Source: Octopus vulgaris (lineage: Eukaryota). From it: DNA of 64,000 bases. The notes under the pieces are model-generated. The model was given only the letters and a program-made list of their open reading frames with translations. It was not told where the DNA came from and did no database searches. Shown piece by piece: positions 14,765-28,018 of the stretch. The position numbers were made by a program, and so were the translations under genes. The stretch is taken from assembly GCA_951406725.2 (NCBI GenBank), contig OX597824.1, forward strand, positions 434,001-498,000, read 5' to 3'. How positions within the stretch are numbered: position 1 is the first letter of the stretch; the number at the start of each line of letters is the position of its first letter.

Positions 14765-14994
14765 TAAAGATTGTTTGCCAACATAATATGGCAGTCCTGG
14801 TTTAGGACGAATGTTGCTGTAATTTAGCCCCAGGAGACATCGTCTCCAGCTGGTTATACGACACGATCTGTTCGAAAATATAAGGACACATATCGTGTCG
14901 TATAGCCAGCTGGAGACGATGTCTCCTGGGGCTAAATTACAGCAACATTCGTCTTAAACCAGGACTGCCATGTTATGGTGGCAAACAATCTTTA
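14765..14994. mobile_element. Foldback MITE with inverted arms of about 105 bp
   Basis: TAAAGATTGTTTGCCA...CGACACGAT and ATCGTGTCG...TGGCAAACAATCTTTA form near-perfect inverted repeats with TA ends. Confidence 0.85.
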
Positions 14995-16139
14995 TTCATC
15001 TTATGTATTGGACAGTTCATTTGCCACACTGAGGTAACCGCCACCTGGTGGTGCATATCTTACTTGACTATCGGAGATTCCACAAAGTGAAAGAGCTTAG
15101 AAAATGCCTTCGTCCAATAGTTTTGTCTCATTTCATTATCGTCGTCGTCGTCTTCATCACCATCATCATCAGCATAAATCTCTGTTGAGCATCTTCTTCC
15201 TTTAGATTATCTCTACTCAAATGAGGATGTTAAACGTTTTTGGAGTTGAGTACTTTGATCGGCTTTACTTTTCATTCCTCCGGGGTGAATAAAATAAAGT
15301 TTCTGTCATCGCTAAAGGTCGATAATATTGACTAAGCTCTTGCTCCCTCAAAAAATTGCTGGCCTTGTGCCTAAATCAGAAACTATTATTGAAGGCATTG
15401 AGCCAGCAGAATCGTTAGCACGCCGGACAAAATGTTGAGCGGCATTTCTTCCGGCCGAGGTTAACTTTACCTATCTTCCTTTCGGGGTCGATAAAATAAG
15501 ATATCAGCGAAGCATGGAGACCAATATAATCGATTTTCCCCCTCCCCTCAAAATTCTAAACAATTATTATTATTATTACCATTCGAGGGCGGCGAGCTGG
15601 CCGAATCGTTAGCACGCTGGACAAAATGCTTAGCGATAATTCGCCCACCGCTACGTTCTGAGGTCGACTTTGCCTTTCATCTATTTGGGATCGATAAATT
15701 AAGTACCAGTTGCATACTGGGGTCGATGTAATTAACCCATCCCCACCTCCCTCAAGCTGCCTTTGTGGCAAAAATTTGAAATAATTACTATTACCATTCC
15801 ATTTAGTGGAGGTCACTTCACAGTAATTGTAGATTAGGAGGGATTTTGAACTCAGGGCTGGAACAGAAACCACAAGTCGTCACGTTAACAATTCCAAATA
15901 CATTCCAAATTCTGGAACTTTATTTATTGATCCCGGGAGGATAAAAAACAAAAGTTGACCTAAGTGGGGTTTGAACTTACAGTGTAAAAGGCCGTAACAA
16001 ATTAGCGGAATATTTTATTTAAAATGATGCATGAACGACCCATCGGGTTTAGCACCTCCATTGCCCTTCCATAAACAGTTTCATATTTGGTGGTAGGGAG
16101 GACCAAATAACATATTTACTCGTTGTTTTTCAGTGTTAG

Positions 16140-16186
<47 letters not shown>

Positions 16187-16680
16187 CACTTACATACATA
16201 TATGTATGTATTTATATGAATATATTTTGGACTTTTGGACTTTCCTCTATCTCCTGTTTCTGAAGAGGAAAATAACGTAAAATAACTTTTCTTTCCCTCA
16301 GCGTCTTATTAATACCTTCCATGTACCACTTCCCCGCGTTGTTTTACAGTCAAGTTTCGACTGCTATATCTAGCATGCTGGTATCTCTTAGATACCCTTA
16401 ATTATAATTTTAATAATAATTATTACCTATGAGGTTTTTATTCCCATGCCAGCCACTTGATATGATCGGTATTTTAAATAACGATCTTATTCTTATATAT
16501 ATATATATATATATATATGGCGGTGCCCCAGCATGGCCACAGCTCATTAGCTGAAACTGGAAAAATCAAAATCCCAAAAAAAAAAAATATATATATATAT
16601 ATATATACCAGAGTAATCTCATATATATATAAAGACCATATATATATATATATATACCAGAGTAATCTCATATATATATA

Positions 16681-16783
<103 letters not shown>

Positions 16784-16809
16784 TCTTTATATATATATGA
16801 GATTACTCT

Positions 16810-16855
<46 letters not shown>

Positions 16856-16976
16856 GCTAAGTAAACCGACAGCTTCTTCTTTATCTCCTTCGACCAACCG
16901 TTTGTCAAGTTTATCCTTCCACTTGAACTGTAATTATGTTTGTGTGTTGTGTGAGTGAGTATGTGTTAGTATTTGT

Positions 16977-17021
<45 letters not shown>

Positions 17022-17539
17022 TGTTTGTGCGTATGTTTGCATGCCTGTGTGTACGTGTGTAGAAGCATATGCCATATACCTGGCTTCTATCGACCAAGTA
17101 GATTTTGTCATCTTCATCGCCCACCCCCACCCCTTACCGCTGCTCGTCCGTTTCAACATTTCCCTGTCGACTTTATCTTTGATGTTAAATCTGTACATCT
17201 CTCTTTTCGTCTCCTTTTCTCCTTTCAATGTAAAACGTGGCTTGAGAAATCAAACACCCAACCAACACTTTTATCAGCTTTCATTTATACACACATCATA
17301 CATACATGCGTGCGTGTGCGCGCACGTGTGTGTGTTTGAGTGTTTGAGTGTTTGTGTGTGTTATTTTTGCTGAAGTAAATTTCAGTTTCATATTTTAAAA
17401 ATTTATCTCACAAACGTCGTCTCCATAAAAAAATTTCTGTTGGCATATTTAGCGCAATGAGTATTAAGAAAATAACTAGAAATACTTTTACGATGTAGAG
17501 ATAAAAATAGCATTAGCTCTATGGAAGCTCCTCTAGCGC

Positions 17540-18050
17540 CACTGCTCTCTCTCCCGGAAGAGGAAGCTCCGCATCTACAATACATGTCCTCTCCATTCTC
17601 CTCTGTGGAGCAGAAACGTGGCCCCTCTCGAAGACCCTGGCAAAGAGAATTGACAGCTTCGATAGCAGAGCCCTGGTACCATCACATTTCCGACAAGAAT
17701 TTCGTGGGCACTCGCATCAGCCCGTAGCCTCCCACCTCATTGCTATCCGCCGCAAGCGCTGGTACGGACATGTCCTCCGCCTCCCGCGAGATCATCCTAC
17801 CGGGGTTTTACTCTTATTTGATGCAGCAGCTGCGGGTTGGAAGAGACCCCGTGGCAGGCACAACACCAGATGGCTGGACGAGATTGGGGAGAATCACCAG
17901 CGGCTCAAACTCACCTTGGAGGATACAAAAGGACCGACAGGAGACCGACAGCAATGGAGAGCACTGGTAAACCTGGTCGGCTCTACGCATGATGACACCT
18001 CTGGGACCACTAACCTGGAGTCACCCCAGCCCCACTACGCAAGAGAATGA
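17540..18050 (+). mobile_element. RTE-like LINE 3' fragment
   Basis: LSILLCGAETWPL, RWYGHVLRLPRDHP and GWKRPRGR...RWLD. Confidence 0.75.
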
Positions 18051-19209
18051 AGTCTAGAAAGCCAGCCAGCCAATGATTAATATCATTTTATTATTATTTG
18101 AGAAAGAGACACAACCTCAGAACCTTTTTAGACCCCAACAAGACATTGATTTCACAATACAGTCCATAGTTGTTTCCCCTATTCGTTGAATTGATTGATA
18201 GAAAATTAATCATTGAGTTAGCAAACATGAACATTTCTAGTTAGATTTATTATTGTCACTACACTATTAAATATGTTATCACTAACTTGACTATTTTTAT
18301 GAGGCAGGCGTCACTGAGTAATTAACCTCAATATTTTGAAGTTGTTATAGTCGTTGTTTTAAATATGTGAAAATGCTCTCCCTCCGTCGAACACAATTGA
18401 ATCGCTTATCTCCGTTCCGTATTACATCGTTAATTTGATACAATTTTTTGTCCAATCGTTGACAGTTCTTGGGCCTTCCACATCATTCACTTCTTTTGCC
18501 GTTGTCCACAGAGCGAAAAATGACTCTAATTGCATTTTGATTTTACCTTTCATTATCAAAGCTGCAAAATAAAGAATACATAATTAATGTTAATCTGTTA
18601 TACTTGAAAAAAAAAGAACAAACAGGGCCCTTGAACGGAACACCAATCCATCGCAGGGTAACCCGAGTTGACTGGGGCAACGTGAAATGAAGTGTTTTGC
18701 TCAAAAACACAACACACTGCCGATCTGAGAATCGAAACCACGACCTTGCGATCGTGAGTGTAACGTCCTAACCACTAGGGCATACGCCTTTACAAAACAG
18801 ATGAATACGATTGGCTGAAAGGAAATTGTAACGTCATGGGATTTCTCGTCTGTATTAAAGATGGACAAAAGAAGATTAAAACGCCTGGCAAATATCCTCC
18901 ACCTTTTCCAATTCAGTGGACATAAAAATGCAAGACCAACGTTTGTTAAGTAAATAACGTCCGTGAATTGCAAGCGGTCCTTCTGGCTCATTGCCTAAAA
19001 GAAGTTCTGCTAGCTTGGTGGAATTTTCCGCGTATAAAACTTACGAAATTGTGGAAAGGAAAATTCCACAATTCCGTAACTTTTATGTTCCTATAAGCGG
19101 AACTCTTGCCGAGGAAGCTTCAATATTTGCTATCCGACTCCACACTGCACACGCATAGACATATGCACACATAAACATACAGACGTACACACACACACAT
19201 GCACACACA

Positions 19210-19252
<43 letters not shown>

Positions 19253-20499
19253 ACACACTCACACACACACACGCACACAAAGCTATGCTGGTTCACCATT
19301 ATATATTTACTTACACTCCAAGGGCGATAACATCTCCAGTTACACCAAAACATGCATGTTCTGAGTTCAAATCCTGCCAAGGTCAAATTCGCCCTTTCAA
19401 ACTTTTTGTGCACTGGGGTCGATGTAATCCGCTATCCGCCTCCCCACCTTCACCCGAAATTTCAGGCTTTGTGCTAAAAGCAGAAAGGATATTCGCTCCG
19501 GCTCTTTATTTGCAGGATTTTAATTACGCCGAGGTTAACTTTGCCGTTATATTCTTCCAAGATCGATAAAGTACCAATCAAGCACTGTAGTCGATATGAT
19601 CGAATGGCCTCCTCCCTCTTCTGTAATTGCTGGCCTTGTGCCGAAATTAGAAGCTATAAGGTGCAATGGATTAGCAGAATCGCTGGATTATCGGACAAAA
19701 TACTTTGTGGTGTTTGTTGCTGTTCTTTCAGAGTTCAAATCTTGCCGAAGTCAACTTGACCTTTTATCCTTTCAGGGTCGATAAAATAAAGTACGAGACA
19801 AGTACTGAGGTCGATTGTTCATACACACACACACACGTTCCTGGCCTCGTACCTGTGATACAAGCAATTGCTATTTCTATCGTGCTTTGAGGGAAGAGAA
19901 CGAGGAACAAAATCAAACTCAGAAATTTGAATTTCTTGGTTTGAATATTCTTTTCTACGCTAGACACAAGGCCCGAAATTTTGGGGATAGGGGGCCAGTC
20001 GATTAGATCGACCCCAGTACGCAACTAGTACTTAATTTATCGACCACGAAAGGATGAAAGACAAAGCCGACTTCGGTGGAATTTGAACTCAGAACATGAA
20101 GACAGACGAAATACTGCTAAGCATTTCGCCCGGTGTGCTAACGTGTCTGCCAGCTCGCCGTCTTACTTAGTTTAAATATTGTAAAACACTTCATCCAAGT
20201 CTTTTTTGTTCGTAGAAAAACTTGAACGTTTTTCCACAAAATTGAACGAAAATCCAGAGAAATGAATGCTGGTTGGATCGAAACTGGATCTAAAATACAG
20301 CTGACTGGCTGGCTGGAAGTTATCTCTTTTCAACAACGTTCGCAGGTTGACGATTTTGGGGGGAATATGAGCTGGGGAACGAAGTCTCATTGCTTGAAGA
20401 TTTCCTTTGAGGTTTAGAAACCTAATTAAAAAAGAAATTGTTTTAATGAAGAATAAAATATAAATTGCAAAACAAAATGGCCATCTCCGACGTGCATCA

Positions 20500-20900
20500 G
20501 CTTGGTCTTGGCCCAAAGGCCAAGCTTTGCTGATCCTTCACTGAACTTCCGAGCTGGTCGATCGAGTTGCTGGATAAGTCCACACACTTCAGGTCAGCAA
20601 GGCGGTAGTTGCTGAAGGTAACGCCAAACACTCGCTCACAGACTTTGGTCGTCAGATAATCGATGACACAGTTGAAGTGGTCAGGATCGGCCACGCAGCC
20701 CTGACTGATCCCGCTGTTGATGGGGAACCCGCACGCAGCTCTCGGCACTGTTATAGAACTGTTGGAACAAGGCGGTGATCTTGAGAGGCGCACCGACAAG
20801 CTTGAATATTTGCCCGAGGAATGTGTGGTCGACTGTGTCGAAAGCTGCGTTGAGGTCAACGGAGGCGGTGTAGAGGTGGTGGTCATTGCTGGACGTGAAT
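20500..20900 (-). mobile_element. RTE-like LINE RT fragment
   Basis: VDLNAAFDTVDH and SGISQGCVADPDHFNCVID. Confidence 0.75.
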
Positions 20901-20929
20901 AACAAAGATTTCCAGAGGTTCGATGTCGC

Positions 20930-22520
20930 TTTGGCGGATGCAGGGGTGGGGCTGGCACGACACCATCAACGATGGCAAACACTGGTAGACCTGGGAACAC
21001 TAACCTGGGATGACACCAGCCCAATCAAGCAAAATCATGAAGCGAAAATAAAATGGACACACCAGTATCCTTCCATCATGCAATCAAAATTAATATGGTT
21101 GCTTGATACAATCGCGCGAGTGTGCTTGGTCTTTCTGCAACAGATATGGACAACCTTTTTCGAGAAGCGGGTCGCATGACAAAGGGGCCATCATCAGCGG
21201 ACAGCACTACGAAAAAAATGTCAACGAGATTTTTCATTTGGCTCACCATTCAAAAAATCCTGCAGGCCGCAGTTTGCCCATGATTGATCAAGAGGGCGGA
21301 GGTTGCAGAGGTGTTTATCGCCTCTGTAATCACTTACCACCTGACCGTTGTGCCTTGCCCCGATTCGTAGCTGAACAAGTTGGAAGGCATGCTCTTTCGC
21401 TTTTTGTGGAGGGGCAGCAGACCTCTTGTAAGGCTCTCTATCTGCTGCCAAAAGCCGCTGAAGGGTGGGCTGGGGATGTCGTGGCTAAAATTGCGCAGAC
21501 ATGCGCTGAGGCTCAGGCAACTCTAGCTTTACCTGGGCGGTGAGCAGGTATGGTCTCCGTTCGTCAAGCTGTTATTTCCACAGTTCACATCGTTTACCGA
21601 ACTGGAGCCGTGGATCAAGCGTAGACCGAGGTTGGGCGCGTGGCATGCAGAGTGCCATCAGGCATTCGGGCTTCTCTCCCAGTACTACCTCGTTCTTCTA
21701 TAGACGGTTAGTAGAGTTCAAGTGTAACGACGTCCTGGGAGAAACCCTAGGCTTCGGCGAAGAACAACTGACCAACCTGTTCCAAAGAACACTCGGGACG
21801 GAGCCTATGGATAATTACCTGAAGCCCCTGGCCTGGAGCTTCACCGGTTCGAGATAAGCTCTTTAGACACGGGTATGCACCTTCGCCGGTTTATGCAATT
21901 TGCGAGCGGGACAGTGAAACTGTCCTGCACGCGACTGAATTCTGGACTTGTGAACTCTGGGCTTATATCGAACACCTGCTGTCGCATTCGGGAAGAGTAC
22001 AACTGTCGAGCGAATCTGTAATTAAGATAGTTCCGCCGACCTCCCTGAATAGGGAGGAGCGAGCCTGTTTTCTCTCGGTAGTTGCTGTTGTGAAAAAGGT
22101 AGTATGGAAGACGAGAGGGAAAGGAATTGCAACAGGCATGTTCATCTCCAGTCTCGGGTTAATCGACTTTTTCGTTTTCCACATGAAACGGAAAATAAGA
22201 CTGGAGAAGAAATGCCTGTCGCAAAGTGTGTTTCGTAAAAGATGGAAGTCTACAGCAAGTATGTTGCGAGTGACAGAACCTGTCTAAACGAGGACAAAAA
22301 AAAAGGAAAACAATGTCTTCAGTGTTCGTGGTTTGTGGGGTCGACCGTATCCTTCGCTTCATTTTTTGTAAATCACTCACTCTCAACTAATTGTATATAT
22401 ATTTTAATTGTTTATTCATGCGTTTCGTCCCATTCGATCCCCTGACCCCCAACGTTTGTTTTGTCTGTCCTCCTATCGTCCCCCTTATTCTCAAACTTAT
22501 ATGCTTAATAAAGAAATTGA
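20930..22520 (+). mobile_element. L1/Tx1-clade LINE 3' fragment with 3' UTR
   Basis: GGLGMSWLKLRRHALRL and zinc knuckle CAICERDSETVLHA. Pyrimidine-rich tail with AATAAA at about 22507. Confidence 0.7.
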
Positions 22521-22643
22521 CTGATCAAGAAATTACAACTTTCACTGCAGTATCTTCTCTCTCTCACTCTCTCTCTCTCTCTCCTTCTCTCTCTCTCTCT
22601 CTCTCTCTTTCTTTCTCTCCCCTCTCTCTTTCTTTCTTTCTCC

Positions 22644-22677
<34 letters not shown>

Positions 22678-23028
22678 CTTCCTCTCTGTCCTGAAGGGAA
22701 GTTAACCAACAACCGCAAATATTCTATGCTTAGGATGTAAGGGAAGTAACTCTTGAAACCCCTCTTCAAGAAAGTTACGTTATTCTGCACCGAGAGAATC
22801 TTGAAATGTTTAATAAAAAGTAAAAACACGAGAAACAGTTCCAAGGATTTAATTTTTAATCTTTCAGCATCCATTAAACTATCAGAAATTGCATAAATGG
22901 TTAACAATGAACAAACAGAGAGAGAGAGAGAGACATAATTAAATGACGTTATAATGGAATACATGTGTTGTCTAGTACACAATTTCGACAGAGAGAGGAT
23001 AGGGGTTGTGTTGTCAATAGCAACACAG

Positions 23029-23072
<44 letters not shown>

Positions 23073-23095
23073 ACGCGCGCACACACACACGTACG

Positions 23096-23164
<69 letters not shown>

Positions 23165-23199
23165 ACGCACGCACGCACGTCTTTCCTTTCACTTTCTCT

Positions 23200-23377
23200 T
23201 CTCTTCTTCCAGTGTTTTCATTCTTCTCTCAAAACGATCCATTTTGTCTCGTGTTTTTCTTAACCTGAATTCTTTCATTTTCTTTCTCCCTTTTTTCTTC
23301 TGATTTGACTTGAAAGAAGCAAAACGCGAGCAAAACCTCTCCGAATGCTGGACTTTCTACTCTCCCTGTGAAGCTAT
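23200..23377 (+). other. VASH: Probable non-coding 5' UTR exon of vasohibin (5' boundary unknown)
   Basis: Unique sequence ending at a perfect U12 donor, GTATCCTTT at 23378. It pairs with the U12 branch site TTCCTTGAT (27763-27771) and the CAG acceptor at 27784. Confidence 0.6.
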
Positions 23378-24632
23378 GTATCCTTTTAATAATAGATTCA
23401 TTCTTTGTTCTGGTTTCGAATCTCACTGTTGACGACTTTGTCTTTCCTCTTTCCGAGTTTTAATTAAGTATTTTATAAAAGGATTTTTTTTTCCTTTTCT
23501 TTTGAGATAAAATTATAACCGCCCTCGAAATACTGGTTTTATAGGTCGATATAAATTTACTGTCCACTTCCTTCAAAAAACCCTGGGGACGGGAAGGGTT
23601 TTTATTTTATTTTGTTGCTATGGAAGAAGTCAAGTAGAAAACATATTTTATGTTCTGATCAATTTAATTTTAAATAAGAACTTTTCGCATATCAGGGAGG
23701 GGTTCGATCTTTATTTCCTAAACCACTGGTCAGTAGAATGGTCAGTATTGACGCCTGTGGTGGATGGGGGGGCCTGTATAGCTATCCAAAGGATTTTGAG
23801 CATTAAGCATGTGTGATTTAATAAGGAATTGAATTTGGAAGAGCGTCGGTAATTAAGGTTAAAAACTCACTAATTGCCAACCAAATACCGATGCAATAAC
23901 TAGCGCTCACCAAACACATATTTCCCATTAAATATTCCAGCTACATCGATATAACATGACTGAATTTTTATTGTTTTGTATCAATTTCGTTAAGTTTTTT
24001 CTATAAATTTCTTCAAATATTTCTTATTAAAATATACTAAAAATACAGAAGAAGCAGAGAATTATTGATTTTAAATGTAGAAATTTTTTATTAATGACAC
24101 ATTTTAATTTCTCTTAAAAATTTACCGGATAGAGTTTGATAAGTTATCGGCATACCTATACATGTTTGCCCCCCCCCCCTCATTTCACCTGCAATTTTGT
24201 TTCCTCATAACTTTCGGTGAATATTTATAGTGACATTTTCTTCAAATACCTTTCAAAGGGTGTACATTCTGTTTATACTGGAACCTGTTGTGAAAAAATA
24301 TTTTTCGTGGGTAGGGAGAGGAATTTGGGGGTAATTCACACGAGTTGACTTTATGGCATATCTTTCGGAAAAATGGGGTTTTGTTAATGAAATTTTGTTT
24401 TCATATACCTTTTGAACGGTGTAGATTTCAATTGTAGCGGATTTTAAAGTGGAAAAAAGAAAAGTGGCAGACGCACACACACAAATACACACAGACACAC
24501 ATCACATAATTTTTTCAAAATTTTAAGTTTCATTTTGCAGATACGTATGTGATGGGCATCGGTAGGAGGAAACAAAGTCGATATGCTCAGCTATCGACGA
24601 TTCCATGAAGGGCTCAATATCATAAGACGTTT

Positions 24633-24846
24633 AAGGCGGCGAGCTGGCAGACACGTTGGCACGCTGGGTGAAATACTTAACCGTATTTTATCTGTCTTTA
24701 CATTCTGAGTTCCAATTCCACCGAGGTCGACTTTGCATTTCATCCTTTCGGGGTCGATAAATTACGTACCAGTTGCGTACTGGGGTAGATCTAATCGACT
24801 GGCCCCCTCACCAAAAATTTAGGGCTTTGTGCCTAGAGTAGAAAAG
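24633..24846 (+). mobile_element. tRNA-derived SINE, full length, with target-site duplication
   Basis: Head GGCGGCGAGCTGGCAGA, core CATCCTTTCGGGGTCGATAAA, flanked by AATATYATAAGACGTTT. Related copies at about 15260-15780, 19360-20165, 40950-41130, 53160-53265 and 63620-63820. Confidence 0.85.
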
Positions 24847-24911
24847 AATATTATAAGACGTTTTCCTACACCTACTTTCTCTCTCTCTCTCTTTCCTTCT
24901 CTCTCTCTGTC

Positions 24912-24950
<39 letters not shown>

Positions 24951-25109
24951 CACTGTAAATCTGTTGCTTCCGTACCTATTCTGTGAGTTAACAAGGAAGA
25001 AAGGGAGAGGAGTTGGATTTTTTTGTTTTGTTTTGTTTATCTTTTTATATATATCTTTAATTGTAAACGTATTTGTGTATGTAAATGTATATGATAGTAT
25101 GATCATGAA

Positions 25110-26290
25110 CTAATTGTATACAGTGCTCGGGTGCACTACAACCAGTGGCCGACTGGCCGGGTTGCCAGCTTGCATGATGGCAAATGGGCCCCTGTGCCAT
25201 TGAAATCCATATATGGGGGCCCATGTTAGTATCTAAGAGGCCCATCCCCTCAAGTTTGAGAATTTTTTATTCACTCTTGGAAGAATGCATTATTTATTTC
25301 AGCCTGGCTTTGTTTGGAGACAGTTGGGAAGAATAGTTTTAACAAAAAAAAATTAAGTGATAGCATTGTAGTCGTGGAGGGGACACCTTGTAGTTGTGGA
25401 TGGGCACCCTGGTAACTGCAGGTGGACCCCCTTGTAGTTGCGGGTGAGACCCCTAGTAGTTGCAGGTGGGCACCCTTGTAATTGCAGGTGGGCCCCCTTG
25501 TAGTTGCAGGTGAGCCCTGTTGCAGTTGTGGGTAATCACCCCCCCCCCTTGTAGTTGCAGGTGGGCCTCCTTGTAGTTGTGGGTGGGCCCTCTTAGTTGC
25601 AGGTGAGCCCCCTAGTAGTTGCAGGTGGGCCCCCTTAGTCTCCTGACAACCAATATTTTTAGACCCAGTCCACCACTGACTACAACTCATCAAGTAAAGT
25701 AGCAAAAGGCACCGGAAGTGAACAGTGAATGACTCGTTTTAAACAAAAATCTTTAAACAAGTTAAAACAAAAGGACTCCATTTGCTGCGGTTTTGGCAAA
25801 TTTCAGGAAATTTGGAAGAATGTAATGCTCCGACAACTAACAACTGGTGTGGATAACTTGTTCCATGCTTCAGCAATTCTGAGAGTGAAAAAATGTTTCT
25901 GAGAGTCAAGGATGCTGTGTTGTATTTTGATTTTGTGAGCCACGAGTGTTTGACGGATTGAACTCTAAAAGATGCCCAAGGTTGTTGTTGTTGTTGCTGT
26001 TGGGAAGATGGTTGTTGATCTTGAGAGTGTCTACCAAGTCAGTTGCCAGATGCCAGGGCTTTAATCTGTCCATGCCCAGGGAAGCAGGACGTTCAGATTA
26101 TGGCAGATGTCTGGTTCCACATTTCTGAACATTTTCCAGAATACTGATATGCTGAGCAAGAGAAGAGTTCCAGACTGGTGATGCCAACTGTGGACGTTCC
26201 GTAGTCCTACACAGCTTTAAACAGGTTGCTGGAGAGCAGCTGGCAAAAAGCACCTTAGAGAGTAACATGTGCGACGTCTTTACAGGTGCA
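25110..26290 (-). mobile_element. CR1-clade LINE 3' end, interrupted by a hAT MITE
   Basis: HFFTLRIAEAWNKL motif. The 3' UTR GATGAGTTGTAGTGCACC.GAGCACTGTATACA is shared with the copy at 52520-52990. Confidence 0.75.
25143..25678. mobile_element. Non-autonomous hAT element with an internal minisatellite of about 22 bp
   Basis: TIRs CAGTGGYSGACTGG. Perfect 8-bp target duplication ACTACAAC at 25135-25142 and 25679-25686. Confidence 0.9.
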
Positions 26291-27259
26291 TGGGAAATGT
26301 GTGTGTGTGTGTGTGTGTGTGTCCTGGCATAATTTTGTATGTGTAAAATAAATAGTTCAGTCTATAAAGAGTAAATCCTTTGTTAAGCTCTGTATGTGCA
26401 CACATATTCATGTGTGTGTGTGTGTGTGTGTGTATACTGGTATGTAAGCATGTGTGGACGTTTGGATGTGTATATTTGGTGCTTATGTGTATGGATGTGT
26501 ATGACTAGAGTTTGTGTGTGTGTGTGTGTGAACCCATCATGGAGTCAATAACTGACTAGCATTAGTACTTAGTGACACAAATACTTGAGATGGTGAACAA
26601 GTGCTTTATAAGACAGCTTTGGGAAGTGATGGGCCTGTAGTTCTTGTCAGGACATGTTTTGGAAAGGGACAGAGGTGGCTCCTTTGATATCTCCCACAGC
26701 ATTGTAAGTCCAAGAAAACAAAACCTAGCAGAATGCTTCCTGATAGAATAACAGGCTGTCAATCAGCTTCTCTTCACTTTGAAGAGGCTGGATTTCCTGC
26801 AACCTCCTGCGGCTGGAATGCGCTTTAACTCATCTTGTATCACCTTTGCCACTAGATCGATATTGAAGAGGGATTCAGTGAAATATGGGAATGAACACGC
26901 TCACTCCCCACCCGGCTTTGTCATGAACACCCTCACCCCCCACCCGGCTTTGTCATGAACACCCTCACCCCCCACCCGGCTTTGTCCCTCGACTGAATCT
27001 CCATCTTTGTTTCATTTTCTTCTCTATTTCTGCACTTCAAAAATTGTATTTGCTTAACCCACCAAAATTCCCACATCATCTTAGGTTAAACATTCAATTC
27101 TAATTTCAGTGACCTAATTTGGCTTTGACACAGGTATATCCCCAAGACACCTGTAAAAAAGAAAGCAGCTTCTTCGCTCTGTGGCTATGAGACAGTTTAC
27201 TTCCATCACCTTTTGTCAGCTTCCTTCTGCCAGCTTCAAATTTCACTGAGACTTAATTG

Positions 27260-27304
<45 letters not shown>

Positions 27305-27805
27305 TGTGAGCCTGGAACCCTTTACTTTTCCTTTCACACATTTAATGGCAGACTACTAAGAGATATTCCATGCAAACAAACACTTGTTCACAACACAAAT
27401 GTGTGTGCTTTCTTCCAAATTCTCTGTTGCTTCTCTCTGATTCAATCTGTACGATGCCAGCATGCAAAGCAGGCATTACAGGATTATGAAGAGGCAATAA
27501 TTATAGACTTTGTTACATTAATTTATTTCAATAATTCAGAAATTACTTATGGTGGTGGTGGTGGTAGTGGGGAAAAGGTTTTTCTCATTTAACGAAATTC
27601 ATGTTCTGGAAGTTTTTCCATATTTTGGAATTTCAATTAAAGGATTATCATTTGTGATAAATTTGTGAACAAATTATGAATCAATGTGTATTTTTTGTTT
27701 CTTTTTGTTTTTGTTTTTATCTAATGCTAGTTTTTAATGCTGCCATATAAAAGAACAAAGGATTCCTTGATCTGCGTTTACCAGATAAGTCGAGCAATTG
27801 GCTGA

Positions 27806-28018
27806 ATGTCAGTTCGTAAGGCAAGTTTACCTTTAAGGCAACACAAACACAACGATAAACTGAAGCACAATGCCGGCTGTTTCTTTTGGGTCAACCGAAG
27901 TGGTTTGCCACTGAAGGAAGAAACATGGGAAAGAATGTGGTCATTTGCTGCCAAGCAACATCCAGATGGAGAGAACATCATTGAAAGCATTAGAGTTCTT
28001 TGTGATAACCTTCCAAAG
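27806..28018 (+). CDS. VASH: Vasohibin coding exon 1 (MSVRKAS...CDNLPK)
   Basis: ATG preceded by an in-frame TGA. Encodes [30 protein letters not shown]. Donor AAG|GTAATT, phase 0. Confidence 0.92.

Larger units (their letters stand above)
23378..27784 (+). other. Probable U12-type intron in the vasohibin 5' UTR
   Basis: GTATCCTTT ... TTCCTTGAT-N10-CAG. Confidence 0.65.

Noticed and set aside
22840-22905. [12 protein letters not shown] on the - strand resembles SVBP IYALNRVMTELE
   Set aside because: Only a few identities, no upstream KQRQRAE-like segment and no exon support.
27737-27805. In-frame 22-codon ORF ending in TGA directly before the vasohibin ATG, a possible readthrough or editing-dependent extension
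   Set aside because: Its ATG lies upstream of the U12 branch site and acceptor at 27784, so it is probably intronic. It matters only if the acceptor at 27730 is used.
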